This document shows positions 13,981 through 27,212 of a stretch of 64,000 bases of DNA, in pieces. The notes below the pieces were generated by a model. It made no database searches, was not told the origin of the DNA, and saw only the letters and a list, made by a program, of their open reading frames with translations. Each line of letters begins with the position of its first letter. The stretch's first letter is position 1. Source of the stretch: Octopus sinensis (lineage: Eukaryota); contig NC_043002.1 of the NCBI RefSeq assembly GCF_006345805.1, positions 112,530,001-112,594,000 of the forward strand, in the 5' to 3' direction. The translations under genes were made by a program, and so were the position numbers.

Positions 13981-14247
13981 TACTCATATATATTTATTTG
14001 CATGTATATATACATATAGATGTAGGTATGTACATGTATGTATGTATGCATGCATATGTTTTATTTATTAAATTGTTATTACATGACTGAACGCCTCGCG
14101 TCGTTTCTTATTCTCCAAGTAAGTTTTTATTATAATAATTATGGCGCGCACTCTTAACTCTTTACTTGACCTTTCCTTCCTGCCTGTCTGTCTTCCTCTC
14201 TACCTGGCTCTCTCCTTCTTATTTTTCACCCTTTCTGGTTTCTTTTC

Positions 14248-14283
<36 letters not shown>

Positions 14284-14301
14284 TACGCCCATATATATAC
14301 T

Positions 14302-14620
14302 AGGCGCGTGATAAGAGGTTAGGGTATTCGACTCTCAATCATAAGGTCACGAGTTCAATTCCCGGTGGTCCGTTTTGCCCTTGAGCAAGACACTTTATTT
14401 TATGTTGTTCCAGTCCATTCAGCTGGCAAAAATGAGTAGTTCCTGTAATTCAAAGGGCCAGCCTTGTCACACTTTGTGTTACTCTGAATCTCCCTGAGAA
14501 TAATGTGAAAGGTGCGCGTGGCTGTGGAGAGCTCAGCGACTTGCACGTTGATTTCACGAGCAAGGTCTTCCATTGATCGGATCAACTAGTACCATCGTCA
14601 TACTAAGCGACGGAGTGTCA
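14302..14620 (+). mobile_element. SINE family D, diverged
   Basis: GAGTTCAATTCCC B-box, CCTTGAGCAAGACACTTT, and a family C-type 3' half. Confidence 0.82.
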
Positions 14621-14954
14621 GCCATATATATATATGTATGTATATATATATATCTAATGTAGGATAAAATCTTTTTCGAAAAAAATTTTATCAATGGCCA
14701 GCATATTAAAAAATACCTTTAACGGTTAAATTTAAATTTCTGTCGAATGTTTTAGAAATTTCCGTCGACCTTTTTTCGAGTAGCGTGCGTATTGTGAAAA
14801 AATTATATGGTTAATGGACAATATGTCCAATTTTTCTGCATATTTGGCATTAGAAATTTTTTCCTTTGCTCTCATTTATGTATGTATATATATATATATA
14901 CGTTTAAATATTTGTTGCGCAAGATTTTTTATGTGAAGTCGTGTGTTGAAACAG

Positions 14955-15188
14955 ATATTGTTATATTTCGGAATGGTCATTTTGCCAGTTTAGCCAATAA
15001 AAACACACGCACTATATATTTGGTGTTATTTTGCTTCAGTGTTATTTATTTTTTACATTAATCTTAATCTTATTTCGGCCAGAGTTCTTTCGTCACACTC
15101 CTGTGACCGCATCAGTGGTCCTTTGTTTTCTTCTTTTCTTTCTTATTGGCTAAACTGGCAATATGACCATTCCGAAATATAACAATAT
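14955..15188 (-). mobile_element. Inverted-repeat element (46-bp arms) enclosing a hammerhead-like motif
   Basis: Arms 14955-15000 and 15143-15188 are reverse complements with 1 mismatch. The loop contains the motif at 15077-15121. Confidence 0.75.
15077..15121 (-). ncRNA. Putative minimal type I hammerhead ribozyme with a variant core
   Basis: Minus strand GGACCA-CUGAUGCG-GUCAC(AGGAGU)GUGAC-GAAA-GAAC-UC-UGGCC: 5-bp stem II, 2-bp stem III, stem I with one bulge. CG sits where canonical A9 is expected. Confidence 0.55.
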
Positions 15189-15245
15189 ATATATATATAC
15201 TATATATATATATATATATATATATAAGATATATATATATATATA

Positions 15246-15285
<40 letters not shown>

Positions 15286-15933
15286 TATATATATATATAT
15301 ACACATGGTAACAACACATTGAGACCTATAACTGAAATGGATGGACCTATAATTCAATATGTTTGTCTTCGAGTCTATCAAAGAAATTGAACGCTAATAC
15401 TTCCCTCTCGACGGTAGATTCCAACATAATATGCGCGCGTGCCTCTCTGTGTTTGCATGAACGTGTGTGCGCGTGTGTGTGTGTCTGGCTGGCTGGCTGT
15501 CTATCTACGTATGCGCACCTATGCATTTATATGTGTTTATGCGTCTATTAATGTGTGGATGTCATACTGGAAATGAGTGCGTTTGTGTTCAAGAAGACGT
15601 TCACGCTTTTGTGCGCATATCCATGTTTACGAGCCTAACAACAACATACATAACTCACTCCCTATGCCTCTTTGACTCTCTCTCTCTCTATCTCTCTCCC
15701 TCTCTTTCTATCATCTACTTCTTCCTACCATTTTCTTCATAATTCCTGACTTTCTCACTGTTCCTGTCCCTTTATCACTCTCTCTCTCTTTCTCTCTCTT
15801 GTTATCATTGCGTGCCTATACACACACACACACACACGTGTGTGCGCGTGTATGTGTGAATGTGTATGCGTGCGCGCGCGCGTATCTATGTGTGTGTGCG
15901 TGTGCGTACGTGTGTGTGTATGTGTGTGCGTGC

Positions 15934-15966
<33 letters not shown>

Positions 15967-16345
15967 TGTGTGTGTGTTTGTGTGTGTGTATCAATTCAAT
16001 TAGTTCATCACTATACTTGCTCTATGATGCGACAAGACATTCGATAAGAAATCTTTTCTTTTCACATCTCGGGTCAATATCGATTACGAAAGAACTAGAA
16101 TTTATTGTTTTGCTACTAATTGTCATTATCATTAATAATAATACCACATAACTTTTGTGCTTAATAAGTAAGACCACATTTAAACATTAATATAATATGG
16201 AATGCTTCCCTTTGTCTGGGACAATTGCAATTTGATTTTCTTGATTGCTAATTTTTATACTTCGTGTCACTCATGTATAAATTAGATACCATATGTTCTG
16301 CCATACGTTCATACGTACTCACATGCACACACACACACACACAGA

Positions 16346-16395
<50 letters not shown>

Positions 16396-16881
16396 TAGTT
16401 ATGTGCGTGTACTTTTTACATTTTCGAAGGTCTATATAGCTATACATATTTACATACACTTTGTGTAAGTATGCATGTGCAGACACGCGTGCACACACAC
16501 ACACACACGTACAAACACGTGCACGTGCGCACACACGTATGTATAGACACATAGGTATATATGACGACAGGCGCGGCTATGTGGTAAGAAGTTCGTTTCC
16601 TTATCCACATGGTTCCGAGTTCAGTTCCAATGCATGGTACCTTGTACAAGTGTCTTTCGCTTTAGTCACGGGTCGACCAAGCTGAAATAAGCTCTTGCTA
16701 TATATATATATATGTGTCTGTGTGTGTGCGCGCGCGCGTTGTGTGGTGTGTGTGTGTGTATAATAATAATTATTTGAGGGAATATTATTCCTAACTTACA
16801 GGGAAAAATTCAATTTAGAAATACTAAATCAAATTTCACAAAATATAATATATATATATAAAAATTAGAAAAAAACACCTT

Positions 16882-17081
16882 TTATCAATTCAAAATCAAC
16901 AATTAAATTACACCATCTAGAAAATTACATATAATAGAAATATTAAATATAAAATAACAATTTTATTATTATTTTGCAATTTACTTAATCATTGGTATAT
17001 TATTGTTATTTTATTTTTAATATTTCTATTATATGTAATTTTCTAGATGGTGTAATTTAATTGTTCATTTTGAATTGATAA
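16882..17081. repeat. 80-bp near-perfect inverted repeat with a 40-nt spacer
   Basis: 16882-16961 versus 17002-17081, 2 mismatches. Confidence 0.92.
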
Positions 17082-17171
17082 TACATACATACATACATAC
17101 ATAATATATAATGCATATACATATACATATATGCTACATACATACATATATATACACACATATATATATAT

Positions 17172-17214
<43 letters not shown>

Positions 17215-17519
17215 ACGGTATGGACGGATTTTTGGAGTCCAATAATATCCTGTACACCTATTTGATTATGAAGATTTACAGACATACTTTCTCAGTGATA
17301 CTCAGTTTACCTGCCATTATAAATAATACCAAATGTTCTTTCTCAGACCTTTTATATTGTGATACAAGTCTTTGGTGTAAAAAAAAATGCATGCTTAAGA
17401 GGGCTTTAAACTATCTGTTATGTCGATTATACATTGATGTAAGAATAAGTTGTTTTATAAAACTCGAAACATGCGTACCGCGACATCCTTTGTGTTCTTT
17501 TTTTTATTTCATTTGATAC

Positions 17520-17576
<57 letters not shown>

Positions 17577-17600
17577 CATATACATATACATATACATATA

Positions 17601-18571
17601 TACGACGGGCTTCTTTCAGTCTCCGTCTACCTAATCCACTCACAAGGCTTTTGTTGGCCCGAGGCCACAGTAGAAGACCCTTGCCCAAGATGCTACGCAG
17701 TGGGAATGGACCCGGAGCCATGAGGTTGGTAAGCAAGCTACTTTATTTCATAAATTTGTCATATAGACAGTACAAATAGCTTTGCGGGCTGGACAAACAC
17801 ATTAATGAATGAAAATGAAATATAATGAATAAATGAGAGACGAAACCCAACACCCGCCGATTGGATTTTTCTAGAAAACATATTTTCTTTTTTTTTTAAA
17901 TCAATATAAGGTTTCGAACCTTTTACAAGGAGGAGGCACTAAAACCTCTTACTTAACAATATTTTCTTCTTTCTTTCTTAAAACACAAAATTGAGGTTAT
18001 AAACCACTACAAAATAGTCCAATAAGGTGAGGTTTCAAACTCTGTAACGAGGGTCTTTCACCTCCTACTCTTCGATATATCCATAGATATATTCATCATT
18101 ATCTTCAATGCCGCTTGAGTTCCTGTATCCCGCCATTTCCCATGCCTCACTCATGTAGGACATGTAAGTCGTGTAAGGGCCACCCGGTCATATGCGACAC
18201 TCCTCCCCAAATCCTTTAAACCTTTCCCACAAGAGAAACCTTGTGACCTCCACAGCTATCTGCGGAGGCCATTCGGGATCCCGTGAGAAGGGCATATCTA
18301 CTGTTTCTTTAAGTTCTTCTACTATTTTTTCCACCTCCCCACCCTTGTAGAAAAAGATAATTAATTGATCATCTTTAAGGATGGGGGTGGTTTCTTCCAC
18401 CGTGGGTGGCACAACTTCGGGACATGCAGTCGGCACATCATCTCCCTGTGAGATGACCCGTTCTTCTTTCTTTTTTTCTTTTCTTCCTGGCTTCGGGAGA
18501 GTGGAGCCCTTCCGCTTTATCCGGAGACTCTCCCCCGCATCCCGCTACTTACCACACAGCCACTCCTGCGC
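17601..18571 (-). mobile_element. SINE family B 5' half, split by an 800-bp insert
   Basis: Head fragments at 18544-18571 and 17601-17743 join seamlessly once 17744-18543 and one GCTACTT copy are removed. Confidence 0.85.
17744..18543 (-). mobile_element. 5'-truncated retro-insert carrying an unidentified ORF remnant
   Basis: 7-bp TSD GCTACTT (17737-17743, 18544-18550). Minus frame open 18543-18065 (~159 codons, one internal TGA at 18188-18190), ~320-nt 3' UTR, A-rich end GAAATAA. Confidence 0.7.
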
Positions 18572-18918
18572 TTATAATAATTACGAAACTAAGAATTTCA
18601 AGAGGGGATGAAGTGAAATAATATTATTCATTCATAAAAGTAATACTCGATCCTCCGTCGCTGTCGACGAATTTCACGCTCTAGCCGCTACGCATATCAT
18701 GAATTCCTTCTACCCTTAACTTAAATAGCACGTTACAGTAGCAATTACAAGTACTCTCCAGAGAAAACTACAGATAAGAATAGATTCATATACGATTCTT
18801 CTTTCTGGTATTTTATCGTCGTCGAAAGAAAGTGAGCTGCAGGAATTGAACCCAGGAAGGAGTGTTCTGGAACGAATGTCGCTTTAATGATTCTGCTCGT
18901 TTTTTATTTTTTTTTTAA

Positions 18919-19102
18919 AAGCACTCCGTCGATTACGACGATGAGGGTCCCGGTTGATCCGAATCAACGGAACAGCCTGCTCGTGAAATTAACGTGTAAG
19001 TGGCTGAGCACTCCACAGACACGTGTACCCTTAACGTAGTTCTCGGGGATATTCAGCGTGACACAGAGTCCGCTGCCCTAACCACTGGGCCATTGCGCCT
19101 CC
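18919..19102 (-). mobile_element. SINE family C with a ~200-bp internal deletion
   Basis: Tail and head joined at GAGT (ACACAGAGT|CCGCTGCCC). Confidence 0.88.
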
Positions 19103-19623
19103 ACTCTGTTCCTTTACCGCTGTTCATTAAAGCATTTCTAGAATGAATATGAAACAGTTTGGCCAGCCCGGACTCGAAACAGTATGGCTGCCAAACAGAC
19201 ATGAAAACGGACCGTCCAGGAGATTGGAAATATTGTTATTCATAACTGATACAAAGTTTATGACATCCAACCCTATCTATTTGCATGTGTGTGAGAGTGC
19301 GCCTGTACGTGTGTGTATTTAAATGCACACACACACACAGACATACACACACACGCATGCTCGCGCGCGTACGTACTACGTACGTATGTATGCGTTTGTG
19401 TACGTATATTTGAATGCAGTTATGTCTCTGTGTATATATATATACACACAAATATATATGATATATGTGTGTGTGCATGTATGTATTTATGTATATTGTA
19501 TATACTTATATATCTGTAAATATATACTATATGTGCGGTATATAATACATATGTATATATATATATATCCATATATATATATGTATGTATATATATATAT
19601 TATAACATATATATATATATGTG

Positions 19624-19699
<76 letters not shown>

Positions 19700-20187
19700 C
19701 ACAGATATACATACGTATATTCTGGCAATGCATACATATGTGCACACGCATGCATACATACATGCATACGTGCATGTCATTTTACTGCATCACTTCATGT
19801 TTCGGTGATTTTCATCACACAGAGAGAATCACAAGACTTCAAAGTCGGTTCAGGGAAGCGGGGTGGTGTTTAGCAGTTCAAAATGTTTCGGCGAGGATCA
19901 AAGAAAATTAATGCAACTGCAATCTTCTCACGTTGACCGCGGCCCATAAGCCGAGGGTCAGCTGAGGTCAGATTCTCTATCATTGCTTTTGACGGAATGT
20001 TGACTGGTAACTGCTATGGTGTGAGAGCAACAGCAATTATCTTTAGCCTGGAAAATGCATATGTTATGCAAAGGGGTTAAATACTTGAACAGCATTCAAA
20101 ATATCTTTTCTTCATCATACAAACATTCCACGTGAGAATATTGCACTGAACAAGTTATATTTATGAATACATGTGCAAGTGTGTACG

Positions 20188-20257
<70 letters not shown>

Positions 20258-21295
20258 AAAGTGTTTGTGTGCCTGTGTGTATACATAATTAATATGTATC
20301 AATATACACACATATATGTATGTATGTGTGCGTAGAAAGAGAGAGGGAGTTAGAGAGAAAGAAGAGAGAAATTATATATACACATATATACATAAGTATG
20401 TATGTATGTATGTATGTATGTATGTATGTATGTATGTATGTATGTATGTACGTAGCTATTTATCTATCTATTTATCTATCTATCTAACTATCTGTCCATG
20501 TAATTTTCAAGCGCATTCATTTCTCTTTCACACAGATATATATGATTATATATGCAAATATACATACATATGAATATGTGTGTGTGTGAGTGAATGTGTA
20601 CGTGTGTTTCTGTGTACGCGTATGATTGTATATATATATATATGCATACATATATTTATATACATATATATATGCATATATACATATTTACACCAATGTA
20701 TGAAGATATAGATTTATGCCTGCATGTATATGTATATGCATATCCTCATATATATATGTGTGTGTTTATCCATAGATATGTGTGTGTTTGCATATGTATG
20801 GATATATATATATATATGTGTATGTGTGTGTGTGTGAGTCCTTATGTCTTTGTTTATTAGAAAGCATTCTAAGAATTACGAGCGCGCGCTTGAGTATTGT
20901 GGGGGAGGGGCGTACAATCCAGAAAATACTAAAACAAAAACCGACTGACACCCGGCTATGCTTAATTTAATAACGTTCTCTTTCTCGGGTGGACCCAAAA
21001 TATGACTGAAATAGCTTCAACAGGTGGTGGCTAATAATTAAGTTTCGGCATTGACTAATCTAACACTGACCGATGCGTATTAAAGTTCATCAGATTAAGT
21101 TTATATATAAACTCTCAATATGTTGCATGAATGATAGATATTCTATGTGTGTGTGTGTGTGTGTGTGTGCGTGTGCGTGTGTGTGCGTGCGTGTGTGTGA
21201 GTGATGTGTGTGTAATATATATAAATGCACACGTAAACGTATAGTTACTTATATATAATATACACATATTCACAGACAGACATCTGTCACTCTCG

Positions 21296-21368
<73 letters not shown>

Positions 21369-21905
21369 CAATTATATATATATATATATTTATTTCATTT
21401 ATATATCAAATGTAGGACAGTAGGAACACGACAAAAAACAACATACGGAAAATTAGACTACATAGCAAACAGGAAACTAGACTAAAACAAGTTATAGGGA
21501 TCATTCGCAGCAAATTTCACCCTCCGCAAAAAAAGCCCAAATTTTATTTAATTTGCTTTGTGGGAAGGACTGTTTCAACGAAATCGCGTATTGTCCTTGC
21601 CTTCGAAAAAAGGGTAGATAAAAGAGGGACAACTGGTGAAGGGAAATATTCTTTATGTTGCATGTCTCGTTTCTATGTTTTTTTCGTTGTTCGAAAAACA
21701 GTTCGTTTTCTATGTTTTTGTTTTTATGTTTTCGTTTCTGATTGTGTTCAAAGTTTTTTTTTTATGTCTTGTACCCATATATGCATAGCCGGAATTGCGA
21801 GGATGATCCGGTTCTTGACTGAAACTTAAAGGCTTCGTCCGTGTTTTTGTATCGTCTATTTGGATGTTTTGCGTTCTTGTCCAATTTTGTATTTATATGT
21901 ATATG

Positions 21906-21939
<34 letters not shown>

Positions 21940-22204
21940 AATGGCGGTGCCCCAGCATGGCCACAGCTCATTAGCTGAAACTGGAAAAATCAAATCAAAT
22001 CAAAAATCATATATATAGCGGCGTACGTACACTTTGTTCACTTATATGTATGTATATATATATGAATATATATGTATATATGTATATGTATATATGTATA
22101 TATATATATATATATATGTATGTATATGAATATATATGTATCTATACATATATTTCTATATATATGCATATATATATATACACACATGTATGTATATGCA
22201 TATG

Positions 22205-22242
<38 letters not shown>

Positions 22243-22440
22243 TAGGTGTTTGTGTTTGTCCCCCCAGCATCACTTAACAACCGATGCCTGTGTGTTTGCG
22301 TTCCCGTAGGTTAGCGATTCCGCAAAAGAGATCGAAAGAATAAGTACTAGGCTTACAAAGAAGTTCTGGGGTCGATTTGCTCGATAAAAGGCGGTGCTCC
22401 AGCATGGCCGCAGTCAAATGACAGAAACAAATAAAAAAAT
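22243..22440 (+). mobile_element. SINE family B, 3' half
   Basis: TTTGTCCCCCCAGCATC...GGGGTCGATTTGCTCGA...GCAGTCAAATGACAGAAACAA. Confidence 0.82.
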
Positions 22441-22469
22441 AAAAGAATATATATATACATATGTATGCA

Positions 22470-22509
<40 letters not shown>

Positions 22510-22941
22510 TACCCGTGTACATATATACACGTTGTACCATTTATTTACTTTTATGTATAATTTTACCCTCACGGGCTATCCTTTACTGGAAAGCAATACT
22601 CTCGTATTGCATTACTATTTTCATTGAAACTTCTTCACTGTTCTCGTTCTGTTAACGTTTTGGCGTTCAGACGAGTGTACTGGCATAGATGTTGCAACAT
22701 TTGAAATAATGTCGAGGTTTATGCAGCTGATGAAGATAAATCAAATATACGTTTGTCAAGCGTATTTTGAAAAATCCGAAACCGGTACGCATTATCCGTT
22801 ATCTAGGTTTTTCATTTTTCAGATGTTCTTCCTAGAAGACAATTTTTTTTCATGTTTGTTGCACACACGCATCTTTACTAGTACATACGCATAATATATA
22901 TATATATATAGATATATATTATATATATATATATATATATA

Positions 22942-23315
22942 TGAGTTGCTTCCCGATCATATGTTGCCGAGTTCACTTTCACTTTGTGGCACTTTCTGTG
23001 AGTGTCTTCTACAATGGCGTTGGGTCGACCAAAGCTAGGGGAATGGATTTGTTAGACAGAAACTTAAAGGAGCTAATCCTATATGTTTACACGTATATGT
23101 GTGCTGTTTGACTAGGCATATGTGCGTGTTTGTTCCACACCACAGCTTATAACCGACGTTGGTGTGTTTACGTTCCCGTGACTTAGCGGTTCTGGAATAA
23201 GTATCAGGCTTAAAGACCAAATAAGTATTAGTGTGATATGTTCTACTAAAAATCCTTTAGGGCGTTGTCCCAAAATGACTGCAGTGTAATGATTGACCCA
23301 AGTAAAAGATGAAAG
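22942..23315 (+). mobile_element. Old diverged family B SINE
   Basis: Degenerate head, GTGTCTTCTAC, GGTCGACCAAAG, and tail GCAGTGTAATGATTGACCCAAGTAAAAGA. Confidence 0.65.
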
Positions 23316-23324
23316 ATGAATATA

Positions 23325-23540
23325 CAGGGTGTTGTGAATATATTGTCGTCTAAGTTACGCAAAAATGAAAGTAACATTGACATTTCGTTTTAACAAATAA
23401 ATTTACCAAAATTACATAAAAATATCTTAAAATACTAATGAGTAAATTTATTCAATAACATTGCCATCCGCTTCAACCAAGCCCTCCAGACAACTTCGGA
23501 ATCTCCTGCAACTCTTCTGGACGGTTTCCACGAATATTTA
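23325..23540 (-). mobile_element. 3' end of a Tc1/mariner-superfamily transposon
   Basis: TA|CAGGGTG terminus. Minus strand reads ETVQKSCRRFRSCLEGLVEADGNVIE* (stop 23448-23450), a typical transposase C-terminus. Confidence 0.72.
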
Positions 23541-23947
23541 TACATTGGCTGATAGATGGTTGATGGAAACATTAAGATGTAAAGATTTCAGTTTAGTCTA
23601 GAGAGCGGAACAAATATTAGATACTGAATCCATAGTCATATATCTTTTTAACCGAGTCCAAGTTTCATGACCTTCACAAGTAAAGAAATTTCAGACACAC
23701 ACACACTCACACACATATATGCTTATGTATATGCGTATGTGCGTCATTATATTATTTAAACCTATGCATGTGTGGAGTGCATGTGTTAAATATATTTGAA
23801 AGGAGGAAGGTGGTGAGCTGGCAGAATCATTAGCACGCCGGAGAAAATGCTTTGCAGCATTTCGTCCGCCTTTACGTTCTTGGCTCAAACTCCTCCGAGG
23901 TCGACTTTGCTGTTCATCCTTTCGAGGTCACAATGGAATCGATATAT

Positions 23948-24167
23948 ATATTTCTTTACTACCCACAAGGGGCTAAACACAGAGGAGACAAACAAGGACA
24001 GACAAACGGATTAAGTCGATTACATCGACCCCAGTGCGTAACTAGTACTTAATTTTTCGACCCCGGAAGGATGAAAGGCAAAGTCGACCTCGGCGGAATT
24101 TGAACTCAGAACGTAGCGGCAGACAAAATACCGCTAAGCATGCTAACGTTTCTGCCAGCTCGCCGCC
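23948..24167 (-). mobile_element. Young family A SINE inserted in an older A' SINE (23805-24240, plus strand)
   Basis: The host SINE resumes after the insert. TSD about GAATCGATATA. Confidence 0.85.
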
Positions 24168-24539
24168 AAGTCACAGAATCGATATAGTTTACTTAACTCT
24201 CCTCCGAAATTTCTGGCCTTGCGCGAAAATTTGAAATCAATATATCTGAAAGAAGGGTCTTCAGCCATCCAATGCAACATTTCATATTCAATTAATTTGA
24301 AATACCTGAGGCTTCAAATTTCTAACCCTTTCTGCAACTCTCATCTGATGAAGCATCTCATGCATGTGTCACTACTGTAGTTAGCTTTTGTGCACAACCT
24401 AAACTATTTGTGTCTTATTTTTATTTCTTAGTGAGGGAGTACTACAGTGTCTCTGAGAGTTTGCCTAGTTTCTAATATTAGTGGGAAGTAAAGAGGAAAG
24501 TTTCCTCAAGCAAAAGAGAGGATTCTGCCAAAGCCAGCA

Positions 24540-25950
24540 AAGGCCCAGGTGCTACTGAGTCTTCCACTTACGTAGGCCACGGTGGAATTTGAACTCAGAA
24601 TTCAAGAATCCGGAGTATATACTGCAGGACATATTTATTTCTAATTTCTGAAAACGCCAGCAATTTTGAAGAGAAGGACAAGTCGATTACGTTGACTCCA
24701 GCACTTGATTAGTACTATTTCATCGATCTCGATAGAGTTAAAGGTAAAGTTGACCTTGGTGGAATTTGAACTCAAAACAGAAAGAGCCGAAAGAAATGAT
24801 GTACTTACGATTCTGCCAAACTCGGGATGGAAGCACTCCGTCGGTTACGACGACGAGGGTTCCAGTTGATCCGATCAAACGGAACAGCCTGCTCGTGAAA
24901 TTAACGTGTAAGTGGCTGAGCACTCCACAGACACGTGTACCCTTAACGTAGTTCTCGGGGATATTCAGCGTGACACAGAGAGTGACAAGGCCGGCCCTTT
25001 GAAATACAGGTACAACAGAAACAGGAAGTAAGAGTGAGAGAAAGTTGTGGTGAAAGAGTACAGCAGGGATCACCACCATCCCTGCCGGAGCCTCGTGGAG
25101 CTTTAGGTGTTTTCGCTCAATAAACACTCACAACGCCCGGTCTGGGAATCGAAACCGCGATCCTACGACCGCGAGTCCGCTGCCCTAACCACTGGGCCAT
25201 TGCGCCTCCACTGCCAAACTCGATGACCTATTGGTTTCAAATTTTATTCTCCGACCTCTCATGTCATGAAATATCTCAAACGTGTGTCACCAATGTATAT
25301 TTCATAGTATTCAACACAGCTTAAACTATTTGTTTCTTGAAGGGTTAGTCAATTACATCGACCCAGTGCTTCACTGTACTTATTTTGATTGACTCCCAGA
25401 GAATTGACGAAATAGTTAACTTTAGCAGAGTTTGAAATCGGAGCTTAAAGAGTCGGATAAAATGCCGCCCAGTTATTTGTCCGACGCGCAAACGATTTTT
25501 CCAGCTCGACTATAATAATAGTTTCAAATTTTGGCACAAAGTCAATGATTTTGGGGGAGAGTGAAGTTGATTACATCACCCCAGTTTTTAAATGACACTT
25601 ATTTTATCGGCCCCGAAAGGCAAAGCTGATTTTGGAGGAATTTGAACTCAGAATATAAAAGCCGACAAAACATTATTAAACATTTTACCCGGCGTGGTAA
25701 CGAATCTGCTAGCTCGTCGCCTTTAGAGCTTGACAATAATAAGGGTTTCAAACTTTGGCACAAGGCCAGCAATTTCAGGGGAGAGAATAAACCGTTTACA
25801 TCGACTCCAGTGCTCAACTGGTACTTATTTTATCGACTCTAAAAAGATGCAAGGCTAAGTCGACCTCGACGGAATTTGAGCTCAGAAGGTAAACACGGAT
25901 TAAAAGCCACTAAGCGTTTTGACCGACGTGCTAACAAATCTGCTAGACAA
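24540..25950 (-). mobile_element. Cluster of about 4-5 old A'-type SINE remnants in the same orientation
   Basis: Repeated GGAATTTGAACTCAGAA B-box and AAGTCGACCT core, plus GTTTCAAATTTTGGCACAAGGCCAGCAATTT tail remnants. Confidence 0.7.
24825..25210 (-). mobile_element. SINE family C nested in an A' remnant
   Basis: Full copy. 12-bp TSD CTGCCAAACTCG at 24813-24824 and 25211-25222. Confidence 0.93.
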
Positions 25951-26405
25951 TAATAATACCAACTAAATCAAAATGGAACGTGCTGATTAGAATACATATT
26001 TTTGGTATTGGACACTATCACGATGTTCCAGAGAACGTATGCGAACTAGGGGACTTTTTACTGGTAGACCGACAACCTATCGCTATAGCCATTTGCCATT
26101 CAGTAGTGAGTTATTAACATGTGATCGAATATGATCGAATGAGCGAGCATACACAATAGCAGGCAGATTATTGATTTTTTTCTATAGATTAATAATTGTT
26201 TCGTGGTGTTCATGTAGCGGCGTTCTTTGTTATATGTGTGGCTTTCTTTATAGCAATATAACAAGAAAATACACTACACACAGCTTCAAACAGTTTCACA
26301 GACGTAAACACATATATATACACGCACATAAGTACACATAAGTATATATGCATATGTGTATGCGTGTAAATATATATATATATATATCTGTGCTTGTGTG
26401 TATGT

Positions 26406-26447
<42 letters not shown>

Positions 26448-27212
26448 TTACATATAATTTTTTTAACATTAGGGGTACACAAGTGCATCAAAGGACATAA
26501 AGAAAAGCGGTTTATGTAAGAACAAAGTCTGGAACGCAACGAGTCTGCCAGACAGACACATAGACGTGATCGAATATGATCACATAAACACAAACACATA
26601 TGCATACGCTTACACACACACACACACACATACATATATAAACGCGGGGCTATGTTTCTGGTACGATCCTCACATGTACTTGTTATATCAATTATTGCGG
26701 TGACAGACTTTCCTATTGGTGATAATCAACATCAAACTTTAATCTATCCGTCATTAACTATGTATGGGAGAGCCAGGTGACTTTGTTGTTCTTGGAAATG
26801 TAACGGAGTCCCCTAAAGAGTTTGAAACAAGATGGTCTGGGCTCTGCGCCAACTGAAACAATGGAAAAATACCGAATATCATAAATTAAAAAACAACAAC
26901 AACAACAATTCAGTTTGTATGTACTATGCACTAATCTATGAAACCAATTTACTGAAAGTGACTTACATATTTCTCTCTTTCTCTCCCTTACCATACATAC
27001 TTATACACATATATACATATACGCATATGCGTGTTTGTGTGTGAGTGTGCGTGTGTGTGCGCGCGCAATGCATGAAACTCTCGGTCCCTGAGTCACTCTG
27101 TACATCTGCCGACTATTAATAATAAAATATATATTTACTCTCTTCTATTTTCCTCTTTCCATTTTCCATTACCAAACTTATATAGTCATATATATATTGT
27201 ACCCTGACTTTT

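Noticed and set aside
18188-18190. In-frame TGA as selenocysteine (also near 63668)
   Set aside because: Both fit TGG-to-TGA decay; the 63.67-kb site is a conserved Trp. No SECIS was identified.
21050-21095. CUGAUGA...GAAAC on the minus strand
   Set aside because: The boxes are ~40 nt apart with no convincing stem II, and no cleavage triplet or stem I is present.
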